From an uncultured delta proteobacterium (GTDB taxonomy: Bacteria > Desulfobacterota > Binatia > UBA9968): a stretch of 64,000 nt of DNA. The notes below the pieces were generated by a model. The model was given only the letters and a program-made list of their open reading frames with translations, was not told the origin of the DNA and did not search any database. This document shows positions 50,316 to 64,000 of this stretch, piece by piece. Where the stretch lies: positions 96,001-160,000 of the forward strand of contig CAVYTU010000008.1 in the NCBI GenBank assembly GCA_963771465.1. The letters are read 5' to 3'. The translations under genes and the position numbers were made by a program. Each line of letters opens with the position of its first letter. Within the stretch, counting starts at the first letter, position 1.

Positions 50316-50882
50316 TCAACCTGGCGGCGCGATCGTCGGGGCGCGGCTTTGGAGCCAGACCAGGCCGCGATAAAGATATTGGCAACCCGATACCACCGTG
50401 GCAATGGCAGTGAGCGCGACGAACCATCCCAAAATTTGTGGACCGAGCAGTTTTGGATCATGCAATGTCGCCAGGGCCACGGCGAGGGTGAGCAATTGGA
50501 ATGTCGTGCTCCATTTTCCGATCCAACTCGGTTTCACCTGCATTCTTTCGAAAACCAAAAAATAGATTATCGCGTAACCCACCACAATCAAGACATCGCG
50601 CACCACCACCACGACCGCCAGCCATATGGGAATGCCGCCAATCAAGCCGAGCATGATGAAAGAAGTGATGACCAAAAGTTTATCCGCAGCCGGGTCCAAG
50701 TACGCGCCGAGCGCGGTCTTTTGATTCATCCAGCGGGCGGCGAGGCCGTCGAGAAAATCGGTCAGGCCACCGATGGCGAAAACGACTAACGCTTCCCAGT
50801 ATTGGTGGTAGGCAAGAAATTCGAGAAAGAATGGAATCGTCAGTATGCGCAGCAGCGTGAGGGTGTTCGGTAAATTCAGCAT
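50316..50882 (-). CDS. CDP-alcohol phosphatidyltransferase (PgsA-like)
   Basis: NLPNTLTLLR, TDFLDGLAAR...GAYLDPAADK. Confidence 0.9.
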   Translation of the reverse strand: MLNLPNTLTLLRILTIPFFLEFLAYHQYWEALVVFAIGGLTDFLDGLAARWMNQKTALGAYLDPAADKLLVITSFIMLGLIGGIPIWLAVVVVVRDVLIVVGYAIIYFLVFERMQVKPSWIGKWSTTFQLLTLAVALATLHDPKLLGPQILGWFVALTAIATVVSGCQYLYRGLVWLQSRAPTIAPPG

Positions 50883-50908
50883 CGATCATTGCTCGTGACC
50901 ACGCTGAT

Positions 50909-52213
50909 TTAGACGATGGCTTTCGCCTTCGCACCGTTGGCGCTCATCAGTTTACGCATTTGCCCGGCCAATTTGGGCGTGACGAGAGCGCTGACGCGAA
51001 CTCGCTCGCCATCATAATCTTGGCTGACAATACGGCCGCGCTCGCGCAACAACGCCACCAGCGCGCCCTGGGCCGGCGTAAAGCTCGCTTCAAAAGGCTC
51101 TTTGGCGCGGTCAAGCAGAGCGCCGATGGTCGCCAGGAGTTGATCAACGCCTTCTCCCGTCAATGCCGAAATCGCACAGACCTCGGCGACATTGTTCGTT
51201 TTAAGCTGGCGCACCGGCACGGCGGCCACGGCATCGATCTTGTTTGGCACGAGCAGTGTCGGAATCTCGCCGGCGCCGATTTCAAGCAAAACTTTTTCGA
51301 TGATCTCAATCTGCTCCAGGTAGAGAGGATTGGCCAGGTCCACCAGATGGAGCAACAAATCGGCACGGCTCACCTCTTCCAGCGTGCTCTTGAACGCTTC
51401 GATGAGAGAATGAGGAATCTTGTTGATAAATCCGACGGTGTCGACAATCATCACTTTGTCGCCATTGGGCAAACGCAACGCGCGCGTCGTCGGATCGAGG
51501 GTCGCGAAGAGTTTGTCTTCGACGAACACGCCGGCGCGGGTGAGGGTATTCATCAGGGTCGACTTGCCCGCGTTGGTGTAACCGACCAACGCCACGGTGG
51601 CGAAGGGCGCTTCGCTGCGCTCTTTTCGTTGCAAGCTGCGGGTGCGCTCGACGGTGTCGAGCCGGCGTTTAAGATGGCCGATGCGCTCGCGCAGACGCCG
51701 CCGATCGACTTCGAGTTGGGTTTCGCCGGGACCGCGGGTGCCGATGCCGCCGCCGAGGCGCGACAAATGCGTCCACTGGCGCGTCAGCCGCGGCAAAAGA
51801 TATTCCAGTTGGGCCAGCTCCACTTGCAGTTTGCCTTCGTTGCTACGCGCCCGCTGGGCGAAGATGTCGAGAATCAATTGGCTGCGGTCGACGACGCGAA
51901 TCTTGAAAGCGTTCTCCAAATTGCGCTGCTGCGCCGGTGTCAGCTCTTCGTCGACGATCACCAGATCAGCGTGCAGTTCTTTGATGCTGGCTTGAATCTC
52001 CTCGACCTTGCCGCGGCCGATGAGCGTCGCCGGCGTGACTCTTTTGATCTGTTGGGAGCACTTGCCGAGCACAGTTGCGCCGGCGGTCTTGGCCAAACGC
52101 TCAAGCTCTTCGAGGCTATATTCCAGCGCAACCCGGTGATCGCGTGACGGCAGCTCGACGCCGACCAACAGGGCCTTCTCTTTGGGGTGCTCTGTGGAGA
52201 TAAGTTGCTTCAA
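50909..52213 (-). CDS. hflX: GTPase HflX
   Basis: [44 protein letters not shown]. Confidence 0.97.
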   Translation of the reverse strand: MKQLISTEHPKEKALLVGVELPSRDHRVALEYSLEELERLAKTAGATVLGKCSQQIKRVTPATLIGRGKVEEIQASIKELHADLVIVDEELTPAQQRNLENAFKIRVVDRSQLILDIFAQRARSNEGKLQVELAQLEYLLPRLTRQWTHLSRLGGGIGTRGPGETQLEVDRRRLRERIGHLKRRLDTVERTRSLQRKERSEAPFATVALVGYTNAGKSTLMNTLTRAGVFVEDKLFATLDPTTRALRLPNGDKVMIVDTVGFINKIPHSLIEAFKSTLEEVSRADLLLHLVDLANPLYLEQIEIIEKVLLEIGAGEIPTLLVPNKIDAVAAVPVRQLKTNNVAEVCAISALTGEGVDQLLATIGALLDRAKEPFEASFTPAQGALVALLRERGRIVSQDYDGERVRVSALVTPKLAGQMRKLMSANGAKAKAIV

Positions 52214-55200
52214 GAGTTCAGGGCTTGGAAACTAACCCGTGAGCCGAAGAGTTTTTCCACCATGTCTTCAAGCTCCGGCGACGATGCGATGCGCACCTGG
52301 TCAGGAAGCTCGATGACGGTTTCGCCATTGGCGACGGCCAGCAGATGGAGAAACACCGTCGCTGGACCGGGATAATCGAGTAGAGTATCGCGCAGCCGCA
52401 CCAACTCGTCGGCCGACACTTCGCTCTCGCGCACGTAGAGATGAATTTTTTCGCCGTTGCCGTTGGTTTTGCCGACCGCCGGAGCGAAATTGTTTTTTTG
52501 ATTTTTAACCGCCTCGGCCAAGGCGGTAATTTCATTGGCGATCACCTGCATGCGGTCCTCGCCCACTTCGAGCTTGCCTTTGACGTAGATGGGATCGTCG
52601 GCGCCGAGCAGTTCAGCACTTTTTTTGTAGGTTTCCGGCCATGCGAGCACCTCGATAAAACCGCTTTTGTCTTCGAGATTGAAGTTGGCGTAACGGTCGC
52701 CTTTCTTGGTGTTGCGCAATCGCAACGCCGAGACCACACCGCCAAGCCGCACTTCCCCCGACTGCGCCTTTTCTTTCAATCCAGCGATCGATCCGTTGGT
52801 GATACGGTTGAGCGCGCGGTCGTATTTATCGAGGGGATGTCCGGTGATGTAAAAGCCCAGCGCTTCTTTTTCGAAGGCGAGCAATTCCTGCGAAGACCAT
52901 TCGACGACTTGGGGATAGACGTCGCCGGGCTTTTTGCCGCCTTTGCTCGGCGTGCCGAGCATGGCAAAAATATCGATCTGGTTGCTCGCCTGATCGCGCT
53001 GGTGTGCTTGGCCGATTTTCATCGCGTCGTCCAAGGCGCCCAACATGCGCGCTCGCGAGGCTTGGCTCGAGTCCAAGGCGCCGCACTTGATCAGGCTTTC
53101 GATCACTCTGCGGTTCACCGCCGCCATATCGACGCGCCGGCAAAAATCGAACAGCGACTCGAACGGACCGTCGTCGGCGCGGGTTTTAAGGATTACTTCG
53201 ACTGCTTTTTCGCCGACATTTTTCACCGCCGCCAAGCCGAAACGGATTTTTTCGCCCACCGGCGTGAAATCCGACAAACTCTCGTTGATGTCCGGCGCTA
53301 AGACAACAATACCTTTTTCGCGGCACTCGGCGAGGTTCTTGATGACTTTATCGGTGTCGCCCATTTCCGAGGTCATCAGCGCCGCCATGAACTCGACCGG
53401 ATAATGAGTCTTGAGATACGCGGTCTGATAGGAAACCAAAGCGTAGGCCGCCGAGTGAGACTTGTTAAAACCGTAGCGTGCAAAGGTTTCCATCTGATCG
53501 AAAATTTCGGTGGCGCGCTTGTCATCGATCTTTTTTGCTTTGGCGCCGTCAACGAAACGCGAACGCTGGGCCGCCATCTCCTCGGGATCTTTTTTGCCCA
53601 TGGCGCGGCGCAGAATATCCGCGTCGCCCATGGTATAGCCGGCGAGCAGTTGCGCCGTCTGCATCACCTGCTCTTGATAAACGATGACACCGTAAGTGTC
53701 CTTGAGAATCCCTTCAAGCAGCGGATGTAAATATTTAATCTTCTCTTTGCCGCTCTTACGCTTGATATAATCCTCGGTCATGCCGCTATCGAGCGGGCCG
53801 GGCCGGTATAGCGCCAGGATGGCGACGAGATCTTCGAAGCAATTGGGCCGGATGCGCACTGTCATATCGCGGATGCCGGTGCTTTCCAGTTGGAACACGC
53901 CCGTGGTGTTGCCGTTACACAGCGTGCGGTAGGTTTTCTTGTCGTCGAGCAGCAAATTGTTGAGATCGATCTTATCGCCGCGGGTAATCTCGATGAGCTT
54001 TAAGCAATCGTGCAGCAAGGTGAGCGTCTTAAGTCCGAGAAAATCGAACTTGACCAGGCCGATTTTTTCGACCCAGCTCATTTCGTACTGGGTGACGATG
54101 CCGCCTTCTTTATCGACGAACAGCGGGCAATGATCGACCAGCGGCAGATTGGAAAGCACGACACCGGCCGCGTGCGTCGAAGCGTGGCGCACCAGGCCTT
54201 CCAAGCGCAGCGCATGGTCCATCAAGGTTTTCACCCGCGGATCGCTCTTGATCAGCTCGGGCAGACGCGGCTCCATCTTCATCGCATCGGTCAGTGAATG
54301 GTCGAAGCCTTGCTTGGGCGCGGGAATAAGCTTGGCGATGGCGTCGGCTTCCGCGAACGAGAAACCCAATGCGCGGCCGACGTCCTTGATCGCCGCCTTC
54401 GCCTTGAGCGTTCCGAACGTGGCGATCTGCGCCACGCGGTCGGCGCCATATTTGTCTTTTACATACTGAATGACTTGAGCGCGCCCGCGGATGCAAAAAT
54501 CGACGTCGATGTCGGGCATCGACTTTCGTTCGGGATTCAAGAAGCGCTCGAACAGCAAAACATGGCGGATCGGATCGAGATCGGTGATGCGCAGCGCGTA
54601 AGCCACCAAACTGCCAGCCGACGAACCGCGACCCGGCCCGACGGGAATGCCGTTGCGCTTGGCGTAATTGATGAAGTCGGCGACGACCAAAAAGTAGCCG
54701 GGAAACTGCATGTCCTTGATCACCTGAAGTTCATATTCCAGCCGTTCCAGATATGCCTTTCGAACCGCCGGATCGGCGACGCCTGTGAGCCGCTCGTCCA
54801 AGCCTTCACGGGCCAGCTCGTCGAGGTAATCGTCCAAGCTGATTTCCTTGGGCGGCGTAAACGTCGGGAAATGATACTTGCCAAACTCGATTTCCAAATT
54901 GCAGCGATCGGCAATCTCCAATGTCCGTTCCACCGCGCCGGGACACCAGCCGAAGCCGCGCACCATCTCTTCGGCCGACTTCAAATAAAGTTCGTCGGTG
55001 TCGAGCTTCAGGCGATTGTCTTCATCGACCGTCTTGCCCGTTTGCACGCACAGCAAGACATCATGGGCGTGGAAATCGGCGCGCTCGCCGTAGTGACAAT
55101 CGTTGGTCGCGACGACCGGAATCGAAACGTCCTTAGCCAATTCGACCAACAGGCGATTGACTTTTTCCTGCTCCGGCAACTTGTTGTCCTGAATCTCGAT

Positions 55201-55728
55201 ATAGTAGCGGTCGCCGAAGATCGACGCGTAATGCTCGGTGACGAGCTTGGCCTTTTCATAGTTGCCGTAGTTCAAAGCCTGCGACACTTCGCCCTGCAGA
55301 CAAGCGCTGAGCGCGATCAGTCCGCCGTTGAGTTCCCTCAGCAGATCCTTATCGATACGCGGTTTGTAGTAGAACCCTTCCATGTAGCCGAGAGATACCA
55401 GCTTGCAAAGGTTGCGATAGCCCTCGTTGTTCATCGCCAGGAGAATCAGATGGTTGTTGTACTCCTTGGGCCCCTTATCGACGCCTTTTTTTTCGAAGCG
55501 GCTGGTCGGAGCAACGTAGATTTCACAACCGATGATCGGCTTGACGCCGTGGCTCAAGGCCTCGCGGTAAAACTCGATGGCGCCGAACATATTGCCATGA
55601 TCGGTCATGGCCACCGCCGGCTGTTTGAGCGCCTTGATGCGGTCAAACATTTTATCGACTTTATTGGCGCCGTCTAACAGGCTGTATTCGGTGTGGCAGT
55701 GCAGGTGAACGAAACGGGAGTGCTCCAT
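52210..55728 (-). CDS. dnaE: DNA polymerase III alpha subunit
   Basis: [43 protein letters not shown]. Confidence 0.98.
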   Translation of the reverse strand: MEHSRFVHLHCHTEYSLLDGANKVDKMFDRIKALKQPAVAMTDHGNMFGAIEFYREALSHGVKPIIGCEIYVAPTSRFEKKGVDKGPKEYNNHLILLAMNNEGYRNLCKLVSLGYMEGFYYKPRIDKDLLRELNGGLIALSACLQGEVSQALNYGNYEKAKLVTEHYASIFGDRYYIEIQDNKLPEQEKVNRLLVELAKDVSIPVVATNDCHYGERADFHAHDVLLCVQTGKTVDEDNRLKLDTDELYLKSAEEMVRGFGWCPGAVERTLEIADRCNLEIEFGKYHFPTFTPPKEISLDDYLDELAREGLDERLTGVADPAVRKAYLERLEYELQVIKDMQFPGYFLVVADFINYAKRNGIPVGPGRGSSAGSLVAYALRITDLDPIRHVLLFERFLNPERKSMPDIDVDFCIRGRAQVIQYVKDKYGADRVAQIATFGTLKAKAAIKDVGRALGFSFAEADAIAKLIPAPKQGFDHSLTDAMKMEPRLPELIKSDPRVKTLMDHALRLEGLVRHASTHAAGVVLSNLPLVDHCPLFVDKEGGIVTQYEMSWVEKIGLVKFDFLGLKTLTLLHDCLKLIEITRGDKIDLNNLLLDDKKTYRTLCNGNTTGVFQLESTGIRDMTVRIRPNCFEDLVAILALYRPGPLDSGMTEDYIKRKSGKEKIKYLHPLLEGILKDTYGVIVYQEQVMQTAQLLAGYTMGDADILRRAMGKKDPEEMAAQRSRFVDGAKAKKIDDKRATEIFDQMETFARYGFNKSHSAAYALVSYQTAYLKTHYPVEFMAALMTSEMGDTDKVIKNLAECREKGIVVLAPDINESLSDFTPVGEKIRFGLAAVKNVGEKAVEVILKTRADDGPFESLFDFCRRVDMAAVNRRVIESLIKCGALDSSQASRARMLGALDDAMKIGQAHQRDQASNQIDIFAMLGTPSKGGKKPGDVYPQVVEWSSQELLAFEKEALGFYITGHPLDKYDRALNRITNGSIAGLKEKAQSGEVRLGGVVSALRLRNTKKGDRYANFNLEDKSGFIEVLAWPETYKKSAELLGADDPIYVKGKLEVGEDRMQVIANEITALAEAVKNQKNNFAPAVGKTNGNGEKIHLYVRESEVSADELVRLRDTLLDYPGPATVFLHLLAVANGETVIELPDQVRIASSPELEDMVEKLFGSRVSFQALNS

Positions 55729-55770
55729 GGCGATGAGTTACTCACTATCATAAACGCGATGACTCGACAA

Positions 55771-56226
55771 TTACGCGTTGGAATTTTTCCCTCGTGAGTT
55801 ATCCACAGCCCGCGGCCAAACAGCCGCAGCGATAAGATCTTCCAGGATCGTGCCGAGAACGTTTGCGAAGCGAAAATCAAATCTTTCTTCCGGCTCAATT
55901 GCGATCAGACGTTGGCCCTCGAAGAGCGTCAATTCCGCGGCAAGGCAATCGATGCTGGCGTAAAAAATAAACTTCGTATTGGGATAAGCGTCGCCGGTCA
56001 GACAATCGTAGCGGCGAAAAAAATGCCAATGCCGCAGCTCAAGGCCAATCTCCTCCCCGACTTCGCGCACCAGCGCCTGTTCCGGCGTCTCGCCTGCGTC
56101 TATATGGCCGCCGATCAGATCCCAGTGATTGGGAAAGGGAATCCCCGGCTTGTCGTCGCGCAGATAAATGATCAGGCGACGCTTACGGTCGAAAAGAAAA
56201 ATCTGGGCAATCTGCTTCAATGTCAT
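55771..56226 (-). CDS. NUDIX hydrolase
   Basis: Nudix box GGHIDAGETPEQALVREVGEEIG; LRDDKPGIPFPNHW. Confidence 0.9.
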   Translation of the reverse strand: MTLKQIAQIFLFDRKRRLIIYLRDDKPGIPFPNHWDLIGGHIDAGETPEQALVREVGEEIGLELRHWHFFRRYDCLTGDAYPNTKFIFYASIDCLAAELTLFEGQRLIAIEPEERFDFRFANVLGTILEDLIAAAVWPRAVDNSRGKNSNA

Positions 56227-56355
56227 GCCATGACCACCGTATCGATTCGAGTTTCTCTTTGCGCCATTGCGTTCTTTGCGGCCAACTCGCCGAATCCGAA
56301 TACTCTACGTCGCGCGCCCTTTGTGGCTGAATTCGCATGCCGCGCCAAATCGCGC

Positions 56356-57138
56356 TCACACCGCCTCTCGTTCGCCGAAAATCCAACGTCGCTTCATGCG
56401 CGAGCCGTAGGTCAAGTTAAATTTTCGCTTGGCCACTTCCGTAATCGCTTGCACCGCTTCCTCGGCGGAATCCGTCACGATGATTCTTTCCAGATCGACC
56501 ATGTCGATGGTGCGCGCTTTGACCAGCCGCTCGGACATGAACTCCAACAGCGGTTGCCAAAATTCTTTGCCCATCAACACCAAGGGAAACTCGCGGATTT
56601 TTGCGTTTTGAATCAAAGTCGCGGTTTCAAAAATTTCATCCAGCGTGCCAAACCCGCCGGGTAGAGCGATGAACGCATAGGAGTACTTGACCAGCATCAC
56701 TTTGCGGACGAAAAAATAGCGGAACGTAATCCACTCGTCGAGATACGGATTATGCTGTTGCTCCTGAGGCAAGACGATATTGCAACCGATCGAACGCCCG
56801 CCGACATCTTTGGCGCCACGATTGGCCGCTTCCATGATGCCCGGACCGCCCCCGGTCATGACGGTAAAGCCGGCCTTGGCCAACTCCGCTCCGACCATGC
56901 GCGCCAAGCGGTAGTAAGGATGAATCTCGGTAAAGCGCGCCGAACCGAACACGGTCACGCAGGGCCCGACGAAATGCAGCGCGCGAAAGCCGCGCAGAAA
57001 TTCGAAAAAAATCCGCGTCGCGAGCGATACCTCGGCCATGCGCCGCTGCGGCCCTTCGAGAAAGCGCACCAATTCCGGCGATCCAGGCGTGACACCCCAG
57101 CCATCGATCGCAATGATCTCGCTGTTTTCAATCGTCAT
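56356..57138 (-). CDS. LOG family protein (TIGR00730-like, longer type)
   Basis: VTVFGSAR, TGGGPGIMEAANRGA, YFFVRKVMLVK, PGGFGTLDE. Confidence 0.92.
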   Translation of the reverse strand: MTIENSEIIAIDGWGVTPGSPELVRFLEGPQRRMAEVSLATRIFFEFLRGFRALHFVGPCVTVFGSARFTEIHPYYRLARMVGAELAKAGFTVMTGGGPGIMEAANRGAKDVGGRSIGCNIVLPQEQQHNPYLDEWITFRYFFVRKVMLVKYSYAFIALPGGFGTLDEIFETATLIQNAKIREFPLVLMGKEFWQPLLEFMSERLVKARTIDMVDLERIIVTDSAEEAVQAITEVAKRKFNLTYGSRMKRRWIFGEREAV

Positions 57139-57208
57139 GGGCAAATTTCTCCGATATCAAGAAATCGTCTTGATAGATTATACCGCACGCTAAAGGTAAG
57201 TTGAGAAA

Positions 57209-60207
<2,999 letters not shown>

Positions 60208-60225
60208 TTATCTCCACGCTAAGAT

Positions 60226-60254
60226 AAAAAAAAACCCAGACCAAGGCCTGGGCT
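60226..60254 (-). terminator. Intrinsic terminator in the guaB 5' leader (candidate attenuator)
   Basis: Minus strand gcccaggcc-tt-ggtctgggt followed by a T run (9 T in total), about 10 nt before the guaB RBS GGAG. Confidence 0.75.
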
Positions 60255-60292
60255 TTTTGCGCCGCTCGATTGTTTATGAGCAAACATGAAGT

Positions 60293-60321
60293 CTTATACC
60301 AGGATTTTTTTTGCGCAGCAA
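60293..60321 (-). promoter_or_regulatory. sigma70-type promoter for guaBA
   Basis: TTGCTG-N17-TATAAG with extended -10 TGn. Confidence 0.55.
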
Positions 60322-60385
60322 GATCGGTGTAAAATTCTACGACGTTGAGACAGCAAAGTCGATATGATAGCAACTAACACCGATC

Positions 60386-60619
60386 ATGCCGCTTTACGAA
60401 TACGAATGCACCAAAGGCCACCGCTTCGAAGCGATCCAAAAAGTCAGCGCCAAACCGCTCCAGAAGTGTGAGCAGTGCCGCGCCGGCGCCAAACGCACCG
60501 TGTCCCAAACCACCTTGCTGCACAACCACGGTGTCCATGTCTTCGACCGGGTCACCGGCGACGACGTCCTGCGCGGCCGCCCGTCGTCGCTCAAGTCGTT
60601 CAAGAAAGACAAGTTTTAG
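60386..60619 (+). CDS. FmdB family zinc-ribbon protein
   Basis: MPLYEYECTKGHRFE...CEQC. Confidence 0.88.
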   Translation: MPLYEYECTKGHRFEAIQKVSAKPLQKCEQCRAGAKRTVSQTTLLHNHGVHVFDRVTGDDVLRGRPSSLKSFKKDKF

Positions 60620-60989
60620 CGCGCGCCAAACTGATCTCAGTCCCGGCCCTCCGATCCTTACTGCAAGCCGAAGATACAATGAAAGTTTTCGTGCGGCATA
60701 GAATCTTGGGCAGTGACTCATTTCAATTCACAAAGAGTCACTGTCTGATCTTGACATACTTTTACTCGCCGATGTACAAGCATACTACGTCGTGATGCTT
60801 TCCAACCAAGTTCTGAGGCAGCCGCTGGATGGAATTCCGCGAAATCACAGTGCAACATCTTGGCTGCTTCTAAACGAGATAGACACAACTTCAAAATAGA
60901 CAAAATAGACCGAATGCGAGCACGCCACGGGTGCGTAGCCTGCCAACAGAGCAACAACCTTCCGATCAAACAGATTACCGAGGTGAATC

Positions 60990-62117
60990 TTGAAAAGTCG
61001 TGGTTATAAAATTGTCGGTTTCTTGATCATTGGCTCCCTGTATTTGACCGTTTCCAGCGCGCTTGCTGCCACCCCAAGCCCTTCCCTCGCGAAGGCAAAA
61101 CAAGAGGCGGAAGCGAAAGGGTTCACATTTATTTCCAGCCGTGACGAAATCATTAAAAGAGCTAAGGAAGAGGGAAAAGTCACTGCTCTCATGTCGATGA
61201 GTTCCAGTAATTTTCAGCCCATTATTGATTCGTTTAAGAAAAAGTATCCCTTCATCAAAGAAGTGCAGATACAAGAGATTACCGGCAGTGATTCCTTCCA
61301 GTCCTTTTTGTTGGGCCTCAAGGCTGGAACTATTAAAGACTGGGATGTCGGTGATGCAGCCACGGATTGGTACAACGAGTTCCCTCCGCATGCCATGAAG
61401 CTGGATTTACTGGGAATGGCCAACGAGAAGATTCTGAGGATCGATCCGAGGATGATCGATCCTGAGCACCGGACTATGGTATCAATCGCGTCAACCGTTG
61501 CTAGCGCAGCTTATAACAAGAATCTTATCGCGGCAGACAAGGTTCCCAACACATGGGAAGATTTTCTAAAGCCTGAACTCAAGGGGAGGAAATTCGCCGT
61601 CAATGTGCGCCCTCTGAACATGCCCTCGCTAATAGCGGGAATGGGAGAGGAATGGGGCCTCAACTATGCACGAAAGACCAAAGACCAGGATCCAATCTGG
61701 GGTCTGGGAGAAGCCCGGCTCATGACTTCATTGGCCGTCGGCGAAATCGCTCTTTTCCAGATCACCAACTACAACAGCTGCGCCCGCGCCGCTCAAAAAG
61801 ACCGCACCAAAAGCATCGTATGCAAGGTCATCCAGCCGGTACCGGTGCGGCTCCATGAAATGGAATTCGTGATCAAAGGAGCGGCTCATCCCTACTCGGC
61901 GCTTTTGTTTCTCGAACATCAAACCAGTCCCGAAGTACAAAAAATTATTGATGAGCAGGAACCGCTTAAATCAAGCATGTACGCCAACGGTGAGATCGCC
62001 AAGCTGGTCAAAGGAAAGAAAACATCCGTCCATGATTTTAAAACCTATCAGCACACCGCCAAATGGGTGGAGATGGTTGTAGAGGCCTACGGTTTTCCGA
62101 GGGCGCAGATCAAGTAA
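60990..62117 (+). CDS. Extracellular solute-binding protein (AfuA/FutA-like ABC family)
   Basis: Signal peptide; AKEEGKV, FKKKYPFI, AYNKNL..VPNTWEDFLKPELKG, AAHPYSALLF. Confidence 0.85.
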   Translation: MKSRGYKIVGFLIIGSLYLTVSSALAATPSPSLAKAKQEAEAKGFTFISSRDEIIKRAKEEGKVTALMSMSSSNFQPIIDSFKKKYPFIKEVQIQEITGSDSFQSFLLGLKAGTIKDWDVGDAATDWYNEFPPHAMKLDLLGMANEKILRIDPRMIDPEHRTMVSIASTVASAAYNKNLIAADKVPNTWEDFLKPELKGRKFAVNVRPLNMPSLIAGMGEEWGLNYARKTKDQDPIWGLGEARLMTSLAVGEIALFQITNYNSCARAAQKDRTKSIVCKVIQPVPVRLHEMEFVIKGAAHPYSALLFLEHQTSPEVQKIIDEQEPLKSSMYANGEIAKLVKGKKTSVHDFKTYQHTAKWVEMVVEAYGFPRAQIK

Positions 62118-62153
62118 ATAGCTAATAGACGCGCTGGCGCTTGAGTGCGCCGC

Positions 62154-63170
62154 TTAGCGCTTTTGCCAAACCAGGACCTCGTCGCCGCTGATATCCAGAT
62201 CGGTTTTGAATTTCTTGGACTTGAGCGCCAAGCTCTCTACCGCTTCCTGATCCTCGCGGACCGTATTAATGATGGTTTCGTTGCGGTCGTTGTGGCGCAC
62301 TGGTGAACAGGTCACTTTGAGTGCTGCTCCACCTTCAAGAATTACCCGCGCGATAAAGCCGACCCAATTGCCAAACGCTCTGCCGTGGTGTCCGGTATGG
62401 AAGGAGAAACACCCCAAGCCATAGAAGATCGGCTTTTCTTTGTAGATCTCGATCGCCAAAGGATAGTGAACCCCATGTCCCATAACGATGTCGGCTCCGG
62501 CATCGATTGCGGTATGCGCAATCTGCTGTTGATACTGCAGCACTTCCTCAGCCTGCCCCCAATGATGCGAGGAGACAACAAAGTCAGCCTGCTGTTTTAG
62601 CGAAGCGATATCACTCTTGAATTCTGCGAGCTCGTGATCGTCCGCTGACGTGAGTATGATCGGCGGCACCCCGGCGCGATTCGCCACTTTTGGTTGGTAG
62701 GCAGTGTTCGCCTTTATCGTTGCTACGCCGGGCGTCCGTTCTCCTGCCGCTTGGCCGGAAGGCCAGAAAACAGAAGTGTACTGGAGAAATCCGAAGCGCG
62801 TGTTGTCGCGTTCTATAATGGCAGGCGTGCGCGCCGCTTTGCGATTTAGTCCCGCGCCAGTATGTTTGATGCCGAGCTCATCGAGCCGTGCTAGCGACGC
62901 GCGGACTTGGTTGGCGCCGTAGGTCACATTGTTGGCGCAGCCCACGGCAGTAAAATTGCCCAGTTTGAGCGCTTCCCCAACCTTGGCACCCGCATAGAAT
63001 CCTTCCCTTTCGAAGGAATAATCTGGCGGCGGATCGGCGAGGCAGGTTTCCAGATTGCCGAAAACCAAATCGGCCTGACCAAGAACATCGCTTACCTTTG
63101 CAAAAGGAACGGTTGGGTCGCTTACGGTTAGAAAATTCACGTCCCCGGTGAGAATTAGAGTCTGTGTCAT
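62154..63170 (-). CDS. CapA (PGA_cap) family metallophosphatase-fold protein
   Basis: LTGDVNF, FGNLE, CANN, HTGAG, SHHWG, AIDAGADIVMGHG.H, YGLG. Confidence 0.9.
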   Translation of the reverse strand: MTQTLILTGDVNFLTVSDPTVPFAKVSDVLGQADLVFGNLETCLADPPPDYSFEREGFYAGAKVGEALKLGNFTAVGCANNVTYGANQVRASLARLDELGIKHTGAGLNRKAARTPAIIERDNTRFGFLQYTSVFWPSGQAAGERTPGVATIKANTAYQPKVANRAGVPPIILTSADDHELAEFKSDIASLKQQADFVVSSHHWGQAEEVLQYQQQIAHTAIDAGADIVMGHGVHYPLAIEIYKEKPIFYGLGCFSFHTGHHGRAFGNWVGFIARVILEGGAALKVTCSPVRHNDRNETIINTVREDQEAVESLALKSKKFKTDLDISGDEVLVWQKR

Positions 63171-63298
63171 GGTTCTTTCCTTTATGAAAATATTTTTCTC
63201 GTCGGTTTCGACACTTGATCAAATAGCACAATTTACTCTGCAACTTCACCGCACAATCTCAGCGATGTAGATGCAACGTTGTATTGGAGCGGCGATTA

Positions 63299-64000
63299 TT
63301 ATCGAGCTTCGCTGAGAAGTGATGCAATATTCCCGATGTCTTTACAATCATTGATGCCCTCGACAGCCTTGATGAGCGCCGACACTTGTTGTTCGGGTAT
63401 AACTTGGCCGGCGTAGCGGCGAAATTTATCGCATGCGTCATCCCAGGTAAACGGGTTTTTGACTGAGCCTTTAGCAGGTTCGGCAGCTAACGTATGAACT
63501 TCGCCGTCAACCTCGATGGTGATTTGCGGATGATGCGATCCTTCTACTGGGATCAATTCGACTCGACTGGCCAGGTCACGAACCTGAGGATTCAGCACAG
63601 TTGCCTCGTCATAGTTTAGCGGATTGGAGAGATCTCGCGTGACGGCGACAGCGGTGGCAAACGGCAAACTGTATTGGGCACCCATGAGGCTTTTGGGATC
63701 CCGTACGGAATGCCTCTGTTCCATGATGTGTTTGTCGCCCTTGATAGCAACGCGCGTGATCTTTCCAGGATCCAGCTCTCGGTCGCGCTTGAATAGTTGG
63801 ATCGCCTGCACGACGGCTTGATGGGTCACGTGCGTAGGATATGATTTGAGAGACAACGGCTGTACTGCCCAACGCTGACCGATCCCATCGAGAAGCTTTT
63901 CCATGTTAGGTGGAAGCGAGAACGCATTATAGTATCCGTATCGACCCTCCAATATTTTTGACGGCCCGCTAAATCCTTTCCGGGCTAATAAAGCGCTCTC
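63299..64000 (-). CDS. MmgE/PrpD family protein (C-terminal part, truncated by window edge)
   Basis: LEGRYGYY, LKSYPTH, AQYSLPF, KGSVKNPFTW, KFRR. Confidence 0.85.
   Translation of the reverse strand, partial: ESALLARKGFSGPSKILEGRYGYYNAFSLPPNMEKLLDGIGQRWAVQPLSLKSYPTHVTHQAVVQAIQLFKRDRELDPGKITRVAIKGDKHIMEQRHSVRDPKSLMGAQYSLPFATAVAVTRDLSNPLNYDEATVLNPQVRDLASRVELIPVEGSHHPQITIEVDGEVHTLAAEPAKGSVKNPFTWDDACDKFRRYAGQVIPEQQVSALIKAVEGINDCKDIGNIASLLSEAR

Noticed and set aside
52210-55728. Intein in dnaE
   Set aside because: Length (1172 aa) and motif spacing are normal, with no splice-junction insert.
56250-56290. Short ctttgcg-type repeat between LOG and NUDIX
   Set aside because: Only about three degenerate units and no clear opposing arm, too weak to call.

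Overview
A GC-rich bacterial chromosomal segment. The many stand-alone NitT/TauT-, TctC- and TAXI-type binding proteins and the Deltaproteobacteria-style gene order suggest Ca. Binatia/Binatota, but this is inference only. Positions ~1-42.6 kb are an accessory patchwork of transporters, oxidoreductases, hydrolases, an orphan histidine kinase, an unusual class III adenylate cyclase, a toxin-antitoxin pair with a nonsense-interrupted toxin, and several pseudogenes or frameshifted genes. Positions ~42.8-60.2 kb (minus strand) are a conserved housekeeping block: guaB-guaA-LOG-NUDIX-dnaE-hflX-pgsA-like, then tRNA-Val-thrS-infC-rpmI-rplT-pheS-pheT-ihfA-merR-tRNA-Pro. Beyond ~60.6 kb the DNA looks more AT-rich by eye and carries a binding protein, a CapA-like gene and a PrpD-like gene. 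The best leads are: (1) intergenic hairpins built from inverted arrays of 7-8 nt degenerate repeats, with the same architecture but unrelated repeat units, two of them inside the thrS-pheT operon; (2) attC-like sites bracketing the histidine kinase, i.e. a probable integrase-less integron cassette remnant; (3) a promoter, possible pseudoknot and intrinsic terminator in the guaBA 5' leader; (4) a gluconate-dehydrogenase-like GMC flavoprotein lacking the canonical His/Asn catalytic pair; (5) a Zn-ribbon/adenylate cyclase/membrane-domain fusion. No CRISPR array, rRNA, transposase or integrase was seen. All family calls come from recognised motifs, not database searches.
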